Part shown: one piece after another, positions 42,961 through 56,100 of the stretch
Numbering within the stretch: the first letter of the stretch is position 1
How the letters are laid out: every line of letters begins with the position of its first letter
Assembly: GCA_002269645.1 (NCBI GenBank)
Contig: NIVC01000090.1
Location: 248,001-312,000, forward strand
Direction of reading: 5' to 3'
Origin: Macrostomum lignano
Taxonomy: Eukaryota
Length of the DNA stretch: 64,000 nucleotides
Program-made: the position numbers and the translations under genes
The notes under the pieces: model-generated
What the model was told of the DNA's origin: nothing
The model's database searches: none
Seen by the model: the letters and a program-made list of their open reading frames with translations, nothing else

Positions 42961-45900
42961 GTTCATCCGCATTCAAACTCGCCGCTGCATCCGTCATTTA
43001 TTTCACTTGCTGCTCACAAGCCGCAGCAGCAGCAGCAGCAGCAGCAGCAGCCGCTATCCATGCAGGCAGTCAGTCTATTTGTGAATTTTCTGGTGGATCT
43101 GAAGAAAACCCGTCCGGCACAGGATTAAAGAGAAAGAGACGATCTGTTTTGGGTGAGTATTATCTGCTGTAGAAGTATTGTACACCAGAGTACTTGTGTT
43201 ACCTGGTAGAGCACAATTCAAAAGCAATGCAACATCTCAGTGGCATTGTTGGGACACAAGCTACAAACGCAATGAATAGTAAACACAGCCCAGTCTAGCT
43301 CAAGGCTAGTAATTTGTTGGGCATTTATTGGGACATTGCAGCCAGGCTTATTTTTTGAACAGCATTTGTTGGGTCGCACTTATTGGGACAATACTGATTC
43401 TAATCGCGACTACTTCTGAGTTCTGACTTTTCAAAACAGACCCAGCATTAGTTGAACACGTTCTATTAAAGGGTTCTTTATAGCCTATTAATGATTACTA
43501 AAGCAAGCCTATCTTAATTGATTTCTTTTCCTCGCAGCTTCTGAAGTCAGCAACGCCAGCGACATGCCTAAGAGACAAGAATGCGCTTTAACGATCAGCA
43601 GCGAGCATTCTGATCTCGCCGCTGCATCCGTCATTTAGTTCACTTGCTGCTCACAAGCCGCAGCAGCAGCAGCCGCTATCCTTGCAGGCAGTCAGTCTAT
43701 TTGTGAATTTTCTGGTGGATCTGAAGAAAACCCATCCGGCACAGGATTAAAGAGAAAGAGACGATCTGTTTTGGGTGAGTATTATCTTCTGTAGAAGTAT
43801 TGTACACCAGAGTACTTGTGTTACCTGGTAGAGCACAATTCAAAAGCAATGCAACATCTCAGTGGCATTGTTGGGACACAAGCTACAAACGCAATGAATA
43901 GTAAACACAGCCCAGCCTAGTTCAAGGCTAGTAATTTGTTGGGCATTTATTGGGACATTGCAGCCAGGCTTATTTTTTGAACAGCATTTGTTGGGTCGCA
44001 CTTATTGGGACAATACTGATTCTAATCGCGACTACTTCTGAGTTCTGACTTTTCAAAACAGACCCAGCATTAGTTGAACACGTTCTATTAAAGGGTTCCT
44101 TTATAGCCTATTAATGATTACTAAAGCAAGCCTATCTTAATTGATTTCTTTTCCTCGCAGCTTCTGAAGTCAGCAACGCCAGCGACATGCCTAAGAGACA
44201 AGAATGCGCTTTAACGATCAGCAGCGAGCATTCTGATCTCGCCGCTGCATCCGTCATTTGGTTCACTTGCTGCTCACAAGCCGCAGCAGCAGCAGCCGCT
44301 ATCCGTGCAGGCAGTCAGTCTATTTGTGAATTTTCTGGTGGATCTGAAGAAAACCCGTCCGGCACAGGATTAAAGAGAAAGAGACGATCTGTTTTGGGTG
44401 AGTATTATCTGCTGTAGAAGTATTGTACACCAGAGTACTTGTGTTACCTGGTAGAGCACAATTCAAAAGCAATGCAACATCTCAGTGGCATTGTTGGGAC
44501 ACAAGCTACAAACGCAATGAATAGTAAACACAGCCCAGCCTAGTTCAAGGCTAGTAATTTGTTGGGCATTTATTGGGACATTGCAGCCAGGCTTATTTTT
44601 TGAACAGCATTTGTTGGGTCGCACTTATTGGGACAATACTGATTCTAATCGCGACTACTTCTGAGTTCTGACTTTTCAAAACAGACCCAGCATTAGTTGA
44701 ACACGTTCTATTAAAGGGTTCTTTTATAGCCTATTAATGATTACTAAAGCAAGCCTATCTTAATTGATTTCTTTTCCTCGCAGCTTCTGAAGTCAGCAAC
44801 GCCAGCGACATGCCTAAGAGACAAGAATGCGCTTTAACGATCAGCAGCGAGCATTCTGATCTCGCCGCTGCATCCGTCATTTAGTTCACTTGCTGCTCAC
44901 AAGCCGCAGCAGCAGCAGCCGCTATCCTTGCAGGCAGTCAGTCTATTTGTGAATTTTCTGGTGGATCTGAAGAAAACCCGTCCGGCACAGGATTAAAGAG
45001 AAAGAGACGATCTGTTTTGGGTGAGTATTATCTGCTGTAGAAGTATTGTATACCAGAGTACTTGTGTTACCTGGTAGAGCACAATTCAAAAGCAATGCAA
45101 CATCTCAGTGGCATTGTTGGGACACAAGCTACAAACGCAATGAATAGTAAACACAGCCCAGCCTAGTTCAAGGCTAGTAATTTGTTGGGCATTTATTGGG
45201 ACATTGCAGCCAGGCTTATTTTTTGAACAGCATTTGTTGGGTCGCACTTATTGGGACAATACTGATTCTAATCGCGACTACTTCTGAGTTCTGACTTTTC
45301 AAAACAGACCCAGCATTAGTTGAACACGTTCTATTAAAGGGTTCCTTTATAGCCTATTAATGATTACTAAAGCAAGCCTATCTTAATTGATTTCTTTTCC
45401 TCGCAGCTTCTGAAGTCAGCAACGCCAGCGACATGCCTAAGAGACAAGAATGCGCTTTAACGATCAGCAGCGAGCATTCTGATCTCGCCGCTGCATCCGT
45501 CATTTAGTTCACTTGCTGCTCACAAGCCGCAGCAGCAGCAGCCGCTATCCGTGCAGGCAGTCAGTCTATTTGTGAATTTTCTGGTGGATCTGAAGAAAAC
45601 CCGTCCGGCACAGGATTAAAGAGAAAGAGACGATCTGTTTTGGGTGAGTATTATCTGCTGTAGAAGTATTGTACACCAGAGTACTTGTGTTACCTGGTAG
45701 AGCACAATTCAAAAGCAATGCAACATCTCAGTGGCATTGTTGGGACACAAGCTACAAACGCAATGAATAGTAAACACAGCCCAGCCTAGTTCAAGGCTAG
45801 TAATTTGTTGGGCATTTATTGGGACATTGCAGCCAGGCTTATTTTTTGAACAGCATTTGTTGGGTCGCACTTATTGGGACAATACTGATTCTAATCGCGA

Positions 45901-47430
45901 CTACTTCTGAGTTCTGACTTTTCAAAACAGACCCAGCATTAGTTGAACACGTTCTATTAAAGGGTTCTTTTATAGCCTATTAATGATTACTAAAGCAAGC
46001 CTATCTTAATTGATTTCTTTTCCTCGCAGCTTCTGAAGTCAGCAACGCCAGCGACATGCCTAAGAGACAAGAATGCGCTTTAACGATCAGCAGCGAGCAT
46101 TCTGATCTCGCCGCTGCATCCGTCATTTAGTTCACTTGCTGCTCACAAGCCGCAGCAGCAGCAGCCGCTATCCTTGCAGGCAGTCAGTCTATTTGTGAAT
46201 TTTCTGGTGGATCTGAAGAAAACCCGTCCGGCACAGGATTAAAGAGAAAGAGACGATCTGTTTTGGGTGAGTATTATCTGCTGTAGAAGTATTGTATACC
46301 AGAGTACTTGTGTTACCTGGTAGAGCACAATTCAAAAGCAATGCAACATCTCAGTGGCATTGTTGGGACACAAGCTACAAACGCAATGAATAGTAAACAC
46401 AGCCCAGCCTAGTTCAAGGCTAGTAATTTGTTGGGCATTTATTGGGACATTGCAGCCAGGCTTATTTTTTGAACAGCATTTGTTGGGTCGCACTTATTGG
46501 GACAATACTGATTCTAATCGCGACTACTTCTGAGTTCTGACTTTTCAAAACAGACCCAGCATTAGTTGAACACGTTCTATTAAAGGGTTCCTTTATAGCC
46601 TATTAATGATTACTAAAGCAAGCCTATCTTAATTGATTTCTTTTCCTCGCAGCTTCTGAAGTCAGCAACGCCAGCGACATGCCTAAGAGACAAGAATGCG
46701 CTTTAACGATCAGCAGCGAGCATTCTGATCTCGCCGCTGCATCCGTCATTTAGTTCACTTGCTGCTCACAAGCCGCAGCAGCAGCAGCCGCTATCCATGC
46801 AGGCAGTCAGTCTATTTGTGAATTTTCTGGTGGATCTGAAGAAAACCCGTCCGGCACAGGATTAAAGAGAAAGAGACGATCTGTTTTGGGTGAGTATTAT
46901 CTGCTGTAGAAGTATTGTACACCAGAGTACTTGTGTTACCTGGTAGAGCACAATTCAAAAGCAATGCAACATCTCAGTGGCATTGTTGGGACACAAGCTA
47001 CAAACGCAATGAATAGTAAACACAGCCCAGCCTAGTTCAAGGCTAGTAATTTGTTGGGCATTTATTGGGACATTGCAGCCAGGCTTATTTTTTGAACAGC
47101 ATTTGTTGGGTCGCACTTATTGGGACAATACTGATTCTAATCGCGACTACTTCTGAGTTCTGACTTTTCAAAACAGACCCAGCATTAGTTGAACACGTTC
47201 TATTAAAGGGTTCTTTTATAGCCTATTAATGATTACTAAAGCAAGCCTATCTTAATTGATTTCTTTTCCTCGCAGCTTCTGAAGTCAGCAACGCCAGCGA
47301 CATGCCTAAGAGACAAGAATGCGCTTTAACGATCAGCAGCGAGCATTCTGATCTCGCCGCTGCATCCGTCATTTAGTTCACTTGCTGCTCACAAGCCGCA
47401 GCAGCAGCAGCAGCAGCAGCCGCTATCTGT
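42961..47430 (+). repeat. satellite array B: ~7 monomers of 623 bp, same family as array A
   Basis: atgcctaag at 43564, 44187, 44810, 45433, 46056, 46679 and 47302. Monomers are 13 bp shorter than in array A: four fewer GCA plus a 1-bp deletion. Confidence 0.95.
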
Positions 47431-47641
47431 GCAGCAGTCAGTTAATTCATGAGTTTTCTGGCGGAGCTGGTTATATTTTAAGTTTCTGAATCGAGTAGCC
47501 GATCAACTGTTGTTTGATTTACTCGAATATTATTTAAAGGACGCATTTGTTTGCATTCTGTTTCTAATAAAATCCTGTGCACTGACCGCGGTGGAGCTCT
47601 AGCATTTTGCTTTTTATAGTATTTGTGTATATTGTTCTTCA

Positions 47642-47940
47642 AGCTATACTGGAATTGTTGGGACAGCCCTATCCACACTGGCTATGCTGGAATTGTTGGG
47701 ACAGCCCTATCCACACTGGCTACGGTGGAATTGTTGGACAGCCCCATCCACACTGGCTATGCTGGAATTGTTGGGACAGCCCTATCCACACTGGCTATGG
47801 TGGAATTGTTGGGACAGCCCCATCCACACTGGCTATGGTGGAATTGTTGGGACAGCCCCATCCACACTGGCTATGGTGGAATTGTTGGGACAGCCCCATC
47901 CACACTGGCTATGGTGGAATTGTTGGGACAGCCCCATACT
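47642..47940. repeat. 38-bp minisatellite (~8 units), paralogous to 39670-39850
   Basis: Same unit, ggctatggtggaattgttgggacagccccatccacact. Confidence 0.9.
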
Positions 47941-48593
47941 ATAGTGTGTGCTGGCTTCTGCTATAGTGTTGTTCATTTCCGCATCCTTTTACGTAGCATT
48001 CTGTGGGTCCGAATAGCTGACATGTACCTTTTGAGTAATTCTAGTGATTGTGTCATAATCAATAAAGTTCATTTTTATGAACAGTGGAGTTTCGCTACAG
48101 AATTGTTTTTTCCCAGTGGCACTAAATGTAGCAAATTTTGTTTATTCAGATCGTAAAATTTTTTTGATATGTGTCAATGTCGTTTGTCTTCGATAACCTT
48201 AAAGTCCCTTGCCATTTACCATCCTGTCTTCTATATTCTATGATCGCTGAAATTATCCGGTGAAATTTGACGCGCTGATATTATTGCCTTAAGTGGAATT
48301 CAGCAAGGGTTTTTTAATTCTGTTTTAGACAAGTATACATGTACAGTCTGTTGTGAGTTCAATACACCTCGAAAAATGCTTTCCAACTGTTTTCAGTAAG
48401 CTAAAAGCATGTTGTCAATAAAAATCTATTTGTTGGGTTGAAAATTGCCTGTGTGGGGACGTGTGTGTGTGTGATTTTTCGTGTGTCGGAGCAGTCCCAA
48501 TATGTGCAAGCTTTTGCACACTTGGCCAATAAGTGCCTCGTGCACGTTTGTGTGTGTGTGTGTGTGTGTTGTTAAGTAGTCCTTGTACACCCT

Positions 48594-49745
48594 TTGCTGG
48601 CATGAACTCCTTCCTGGACATTCCCCCCTTGACCTTTTTGTCAGAGGGGAGGAAATGAAGACCACCCGCCGTCTGCTTGACGCGGGTGTCCCCACTTAGA
48701 AGCAATTCGCCTTCAAAAAGCGGAACCTCCGGCCGCACGGCGACCTCAGCCTACCTCAGCAGCGGGAGGCCTGTTGACCCTCTCGGATGAAATTCCGTCC
48801 ACGCTCTGCCCTCCGCTCAAATTCAAAACCAGTATTTCACCACGTCACGAGGCTAGGGACAACTGGAAACTCTGTGAAATCCACTGCTTCACTGATAGGT
48901 CCCAAATCAACTCCGCCTCTGGCCACGGCTACTGCATCGTGTCTGGAGGGAGAACCGTGGCGACCTTCTCCCAGCACACCGGCACCTGCTCCACCGTTTT
49001 CCAGAACGAAGTGCTCGCCATCAGCTCCTGCGCCATGGAGCTGTACAATCAGCGCGTCTGGGGGAAGGAGATTATCTTCCACTCGGACAGTCAAGCGGCG
49101 ATCCACGACCTTGAGCGCACCACCACCTGCTCGTGTACAGTCTTCGACTGCATCGGGCAGCTCAATCGCTTAAGTGCCTTCAACAAGGTGTCCCTAAGGT
49201 GGATCCTCGGGCACTCGGGCCATCCCGGCAACGAGTTGGCTGATCGCCTGGCTAAGGCTAGCTCGACCGGTTCTTTTACTGGTCCCCTGCCCGTGGCCCC
49301 CACCCCACCACCATTGTTACCACTCGGATCAACCAGTGGGTGGCTTCAAAACACAGGGAGAGGTGGGCTAACGCCCCCGACTGCTGGCAATCCTGTGCAG
49401 CTGTCCCCTGTCCTTCCTCCACACTGCATAGGGCTCTGCTTGGACTCGACCACAGGGACTTCAGGGTGGTGACCATAGCCTTTTCAGGGTCATGGCTGTT
49501 TTGCTAGGCATTGTTACCTCCAGGGAAAAATCTATACTAAGGAATGCCCATTCTTACTCTCTGGTATCAAGAATATAGAGTACTTTATCTGTGAATTACC
49601 TGCATTTACTCAGGACAGGCTCACCTACCTTGGCTTAAACCCAGACCTTCCCAACATTATTAGGCCCAAGAGCCTGTCTTTTTTTATTAGCTCGGCAGGG
49701 GGGTTGTGTGTACCCTGGTGCACTTTAAGTGACATTGGCATATAA
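48594..49745 (+). mobile_element. 3' part of the interrupted LINE: RNase H domain and degenerate C-terminal Cys/His region
   Basis: Motifs FTDRS (for YTDGS), VFQNE, SDSQAA and WILGHSGHPGNELADRLAK. A later frameshifted [16 protein letters not shown] remnant follows. Confidence 0.85.
48774..49472 (+). pseudogene. LINE ORF2 RNase H fragment
   Basis: RNase H catalytic motif order as above; the frame is broken on both sides. Confidence 0.85.
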
Positions 49746-51410
49746 AACAAAATAATTAATTTGGATACATTACAGTAATTACACTATAGAAACAAATCTA
49801 GTTACTCACTCTAGTGCAAGAGTAAACTAAACTAATCTGCCAATTTCAAGTTGCTTTATTAGTTAAAATAAAAATTAAGTTTGGCTTCTAAAATATAATA
49901 AACTTTATTAGACTTTTTAGCAATACCCTGTTTTTATTACAATAGAGAGAAATATTAAAAAATCAATAAAAAACTGAAAATTACAATTGATTATATTTTA
50001 AATATATGATTTGACCTAATTAACTATGGCCATTTTCTATACTATAATGTACATTTTTCTTAAACTTTAGATTCTTTTAGATAGAAAAAAGAACTGTTTA
50101 TCTAACAGAACCTGATGCCCATAGGTCACAAAGCCTTTATCGGAATGCTGATATAATTTAACATTTAAAATTTAAATTAAAGATAATGTAGCAAATTATT
50201 AAATTAGCAACATGCAATTAATAAAGTGATAAAAATATCCTAGTATTGTAAAATATAAATAATTAGGAGGACATTTGCTTTGGTCCTTCCCAATAAAAAC
50301 AGGTCCTGAATCAGCCCCTGGCTTCATAACAATATACTTTTTCAATTAAATAAGGCATGGCATAGCATGCATCATATTGATGGCTATCTAATTAATAAAT
50401 AAATATTTAGCTATATGATATTAGCATAGATAAAATAAAATTTAATTTTTGCACAGTCTCTTATAATTTGTGCATTTTGTCAGGTAGTTAAAAACAACTA
50501 TAAATTATGCAGTAAAAGATAATTGGAAGATCAATACATATTATGCTTGAAACTAAGGAAGTAAAGTATACATATCTAGTTAACACGAGTCACGAGGTGC
50601 AGCAGATTTGCAAAGTATGCTCGTACATTGAATTTTGAAAGTTTTTCAACTATTTTATCTGCATTGCAAAAAAAGGAACTTCGCTTTTTGTTTAGTGTAC
50701 ATTTTAATTTAATTGTACAAAGCCCTTCAACGAAAAATGTACTACGTACTTCTCACGTAGCGTAGTTTATGAATAACGTACTTCAAAGAAGATAGTACCT
50801 TATTTGTGGTGAAAAAATTCGATTCAGCGCCCGAGCACATGTACATTAGTGCTCAAAGTTTTAAATTAACTCGGCCAAATTAATTGATCCTAATTTACAA
50901 ACAATCAGATATTTTGCTCTTAAGTTTATTTCGTAAAGCTATTTACGGAGAAAAACTAATCATTTTGTTAAAGTTTATATCGTAATCTTTGATACACATT
51001 TTAACTTGAGTATTTTTGAGAGAAATTATTTTGCGAAAAAAACAATTCAAACAAACAGTGGGATTGCATATTAGTTTGCTTTTTTCATTTTATTTAATTT
51101 AAGGAATGCAATGAAGATTACAGTTTATATTAGAGACATCTGCTAGAAATAAAACAACTACAGTATTTATACATGCAATTCTTTTGACCGTTGCATATGT
51201 AAAGCACAAAAGGGCCCTAGGTCTGAAAAACTTAATCGCTGGGCTCTCTAGCCTCCCACTCCTGTCAAATGGTTAGCCAACTAGTAGCAAAGATCTGATG
51301 AGCAGCTAGTTAATTAAGCTAGCTATATAGATAGCGAGAGCTGATTTCATGCAGATTCCATTTAACAATAATTTAAGAATCCGATCGAAAATACATATTA
51401 TACATGTAAA

Positions 51411-51756
51411 CAGGGGCATCGCCATGGATTTTTTAGAGGGGGTGGACAAAGCCAACAATGATACACGTACATGTGCATGAATAAATTCCTACATGTACAT
51501 TATTTTCAAAATAGGTATTGTCAGCACTCATTTTGGCGCCGCAGGACTCTTTTAAGCGCCGCGGGCACTCATTTTAGCGCCACAGGCGCCTCATTTTAGC
51601 GCCTCAGGCACCATGCTTTGTCTCCCAGCTGCAAAATTATTGATTTCCATAACGGGTCACAAGGTGGGGGGGGAAATTGGCATGTCCCCGGCCCAAGATC
51701 TTTTACTGGGGGGGGGGGACATGTCCCCCTTGTCCCCCCCATTGGTGACGCCCCTG
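51411..51756. mobile_element. hAT-type MITE (346 bp)
   Basis: Imperfect TIRs CAGGGGCATCGCCA / TGGTGACGCCCCTG. 8-bp TSD CATGTAAA at 51403-51410 and 51757-51764. Confidence 0.88.
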
Positions 51757-53134
51757 CATGTAAATCATGCATGCATGCAGCTGATCCGACAGGATTGTGT
51801 AATCTGCCTCCTGTGAAAATTGTCTTTCCAAACCAGCTCTCTCAAAATCTGGTTTCCAAGAAGGAACTCTAAACTACTATAGTAACCTTTTTATGCTGTC
51901 AATCTAATTTAAGTATCTCTAAAAGCTAAGTAACGTAAGTAATCTAAAGTAGAGTAAATTAAAGTAAAGATTCTAAAGTAATCAAAATTCATATAAAGTA
52001 TCGAGCTAGACGTACATGTACATGCAGTACTGCTGGGACTGGATCATCGTTTGCTTTGACAACATATGGGATTCTTGCAGAGACATATCTGATCGTTCCA
52101 AACCGCGGTTGCCCTCTTACTGTCTCAATTCTGTAGTATTAGGAGAGTCGACCGCGGAGTATCATTTTAACTCCTTGCCATTACATGTACAGCTGTATAC
52201 TTCGATAATGCGCGGCACAAACACCATCAGCCACCCCTAACTATAGTGGATCAACGAGCCCAGAAAACATCCCAGACTTTCGCGCCTCTGTTTTGAGATA
52301 CCGCGGCCGGATGTCGAGGGTCGCCGATGCGAACTCTTGTGTGAACCGCGCCGACTACTCGCGGTGCCTGCGAGTAGTATAATTAGTACTCGCATTAAGT
52401 ACTATAATTATTGTGTGTAGGTGTCTTTGATTTTTTTCAGCGGTCGGAAAACTCAGCAGGCCCTCGAAGTCGATCTCTGTCAGGCCCTCGGGTGCTTTGA
52501 AACTTCACAATAGCAATTCACCCGGCCTGCTCAAGGTTTGTCTCTCTGCTCTCTTAATTCTCTTTTCTCTCTCTCACTCTCTCTCTTCTAAACTCTCGGA
52601 TCCCATCTCCCTAATTCTCCCCTCTCCCTTCTCTTCTTTTCTTCCCCTCCCATTCTGTCTCTCTCAATCTTCTCTCTCCCCCCACTGAAAAAGCCGCTAG
52701 CGTGCCACTAGTGAGCCGCTATCTGTATGGTGGCATAGTAGCGGCGGACAAAAAATTAAAAAGCCCCTAAAATTTGTCGAAAAGAAACCAAAAAATTGTT
52801 AAAACATATTTTTTGGGGTTTAAGCGCTGTAAATACGATTTTACTTAAAAGCGGCGAAATGGTGGCAACTAAAATTTGCCGCCAGCAAGCCGACCATGAA
52901 CTCATACAACTGAGTTTTTTGCCTTGTTATTAAATTATTTAATTGTGCACTTCATTTAAAAACAGAAAACCTAATTTTATAAGTAAATAAACTGTAGCTT
53001 TCAAAAAAATATTGTTTATTTTGTTACTCGAGTCTTAAAGATGGTCAATCTGATCAGAATTTTTGCGGGACTTTAAAAAACATTTCTGCAAGCGTTTTCT
53101 GATCGAGAAATCGTTTTCTGATCGTTTTCTTTTT

Positions 53135-56100
53135 CTGATTCGGATCGAGAACGACTTAACAGAAAAGGAACGGGCATTTAAGCAGAAGATTGTTAAAGAG
53201 CTTAAGACTCGTCAAGAAAATGGTGAGAAAAACATCCGAATTGGCTATAAGAGGGGAGTTCCCTTCATTAAAACCTACTGAACTTCCTCTGTAAACTGTG
53301 ACTTAAATACCCCAACAGTTAATGGTCAAAATAGTCAAAATATTATCAAAGCAAATGAGAAGCGGATACAATACACTAGAGAGTACCTCATTTCTATTAG
53401 AAATAACAATGCTCAAAAGATCAAAAAAATTCCTTACAATATCAAATCAAAACTCCTTGAATTCAATATTATCCAAAAAATGGATAAAGAAAAATTTACT
53501 ATCAGCAGCTGGAATATCAATGGTCTTTACACAATAAAAGACTCTGTGATGATTCCCAAACTTGAACTACTGGAAACTGAATCAGTTTTTAAGAATAATA
53601 TTCTCTGCTTTCAAGAAACTTGGATAATAGACACAAAAAATGAAAACAAGCGACTCAAAATCAACAACCTGTCTGAAAACTACATAACATACCAAAAGCC
53701 TGCAAACAAAAAAGGCTGTAAATTCGTTGGCAGAGCTTCTGGTGGATTATTGACAGCTTACAAAAAGTCACTAGATACACAATACAATGTTACAGAATCA
53801 TTCAAACATTATAAAAACTTCTTGACGCTAAATTTTAAACACAAAAAGGATAAAAACAAAACCTTCACCTTAATAAACTCCTATATACCCCCACTGTCTT
53901 CAAAATATTATGAAGAAGAAAACTGGGAACAGCTAACAATTCTCCTTGATGCTTATCACTCCGAAGAAAACATCTTCCTTATTGGAGACTTCAATGCTCA
54001 TATAAACAATACCTCATACATAGATTTAAATTCAATATATACCACCAGAGCAAAAAACATCTCACTTACTAGACAAAGCCAAGACAAGAAAAACTGCAAA
54101 AATGGTAGACTACTTAACCAGATCACTGACTCATACAACCTGCATCTAATCAATGGTAGATCACTATCAGACACAAATGGTGAATTCACCTTTCTCTCAA
54201 AATCTGGTTCCTCTGTTATAGATCTCTGTTTCGTCTCTACCAGCTTACTCCAACACCTCGAAGACTTTAAAGTAAAGAACCACACCTACTTTAGCGACCA
54301 CAACCAAATAGTGCTCTCCTTATCAAGTGAATTCACAGAGGAAATCACAGAAACTAAACAAGCAACCAATAACTCGAAAACGAGATACGGAGTCCTAAAA
54401 AAGTCACATAAACCCAACCTGCAACAAGAAAAACATATCAATAACTTCGCAAATGACCTGAAAAACATGCATGACAAAATCACAAATCTAGACATACAAA
54501 ACCCAGCTTTTATAAATGAATTAAGTAGAAAAGTTAGACAAATTCAAAACAACATCACAGTAGAGATAAAGAACCCACTATGCTCAACACTGCCTCGCTT
54601 CCTTAAAGATTTAAGAAACGCTGCTAGACATGCCTGCAGAAGATATAAAACCTTCCCTACTCCCAACAACCTCTCAAGCAAAGTACAACTCAAAAAAGCA
54701 TACGAAAAAAAGCTCACTTCATGGAAATTTGAAACAACTCTCTGTGCAGACAACATGATCAACCAGGCCTTTATTCAAAACGATACAAAACAACTTTGGA
54801 ACCTATTAAAAACACCAAATCCCTCAAACAACAGAGTAACAATTGATGAAAAATTTGTCATACACTTTCAAAATCTTGTAACTGAACAAGACAGCAGCAT
54901 TAGACTATCATACAATCTTCACCTTGACAACCCTATTCTGGCTGATTTAGAGGATTTCAATGCCCCATTCACCAAAGAAGAAGTTATAAAACATATCAAA
55001 AAGCTCAAAACCGACAAAGCACCTGGGCACGATAAAGTATATGTAGAAACACTCAAATACCTCGAGAACGAACTTGCTGACCTCCTATGCTCACTTTTCA
55101 ACGAAGCACTCAAACAAGGAACCTTCCCAACTAGTTGGATAACAAATACACTTCATCCGATTTATAAAAACAAAGGCAGCAGTGCCGACCCCAACAATTA
55201 CAGAGGAATCTGCATTCAACCAATTCTTGGCAAGCTCTTTTGCCAAATTATTAAATCCAGACTCGAAAACCTAGCATACGCAAACAATCTTATATCAAAA
55301 TACCAATACGGTTTCAAGCCCAATCACAGCACAATCGACCAATGTTTTAATCTTTACAACATTATAAACCAATCCATCTACAACAAAGAAGAACTCTTTA
55401 TTGGATTTGTTGACTATGAAAAAGCCTTCGATAGCTTAAATCAACCGACCCTTTGGTGCAAAACGGATAATCAGGGTATTAAAGGTCAAATGATGGAACT
55501 TATCAAGAACATGCATAAAAATGCCTGCTTCATTCTAAAAAAAGATGATGATGATGATGAAACCCAGCCAATCCCAATATCTAAAGGTGTTCTTCAAGGC
55601 AACCCTCTCTCTACCATTCTTTTTGAACTATATATTGATGACATTGTTGAATATCTTGAACTCTCTAGCGCTAGGCACTCTCTTACGAGATCTGCTTTCC
55701 CACTCATCCTACTCTTTGCAGACGATCAAGCCATTCTAGCTAAAAACAAAGACGAACTTCAAGACACATTTACGACTATGGAAAATTACTGCAAGCAAAA
55801 TTACTTGAAAGTAAACGCAAGCAAAAAAAAGTTTATGCAGGGCAATACCAGACAAAAAAACGACACAGATAGCATTGCTACAAAAATATACTACGACAAC
55901 CAAGAAATAGAAGAAGTAAATGAATTTAAATACCTGGGAATTATTTTTGAACCAAAAAACAGCTTTAAAAAATGTATTGAACACCAAACTAAGCAGGGAT
56001 ATACAGCCATGTTTTCCCTACTCCATAGGGTAAAGAATACGTCCCTAGACATCACACTCATTCGCAGACTATTTGACGCGCTTGTTACCCCCGTTATCAC

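Larger units (their letters stand above)
29259..48585. mobile_element. 19,327-bp non-autonomous TIR DNA transposon-like element (8-bp TSD; hAT- or P-like ends)
   Basis: Perfect 18-bp TIRs: CAAGGACTACTTAACAAC (29259-29276) and GTTGTTAAGTAGTCCTTG (48568-48585). TSD TACACCCT at 29251-29258 and 48586-48593. The flanks rejoin into one LINE reading frame. No transposase ORF recognised. Confidence 0.92.

Noticed and set aside
52690-52900. CACTAGTG with nearby agcggc/gccgct repeats, suggesting a CACTA-type end
   Set aside because: No partner TIR or TSD was identified; too little evidence.
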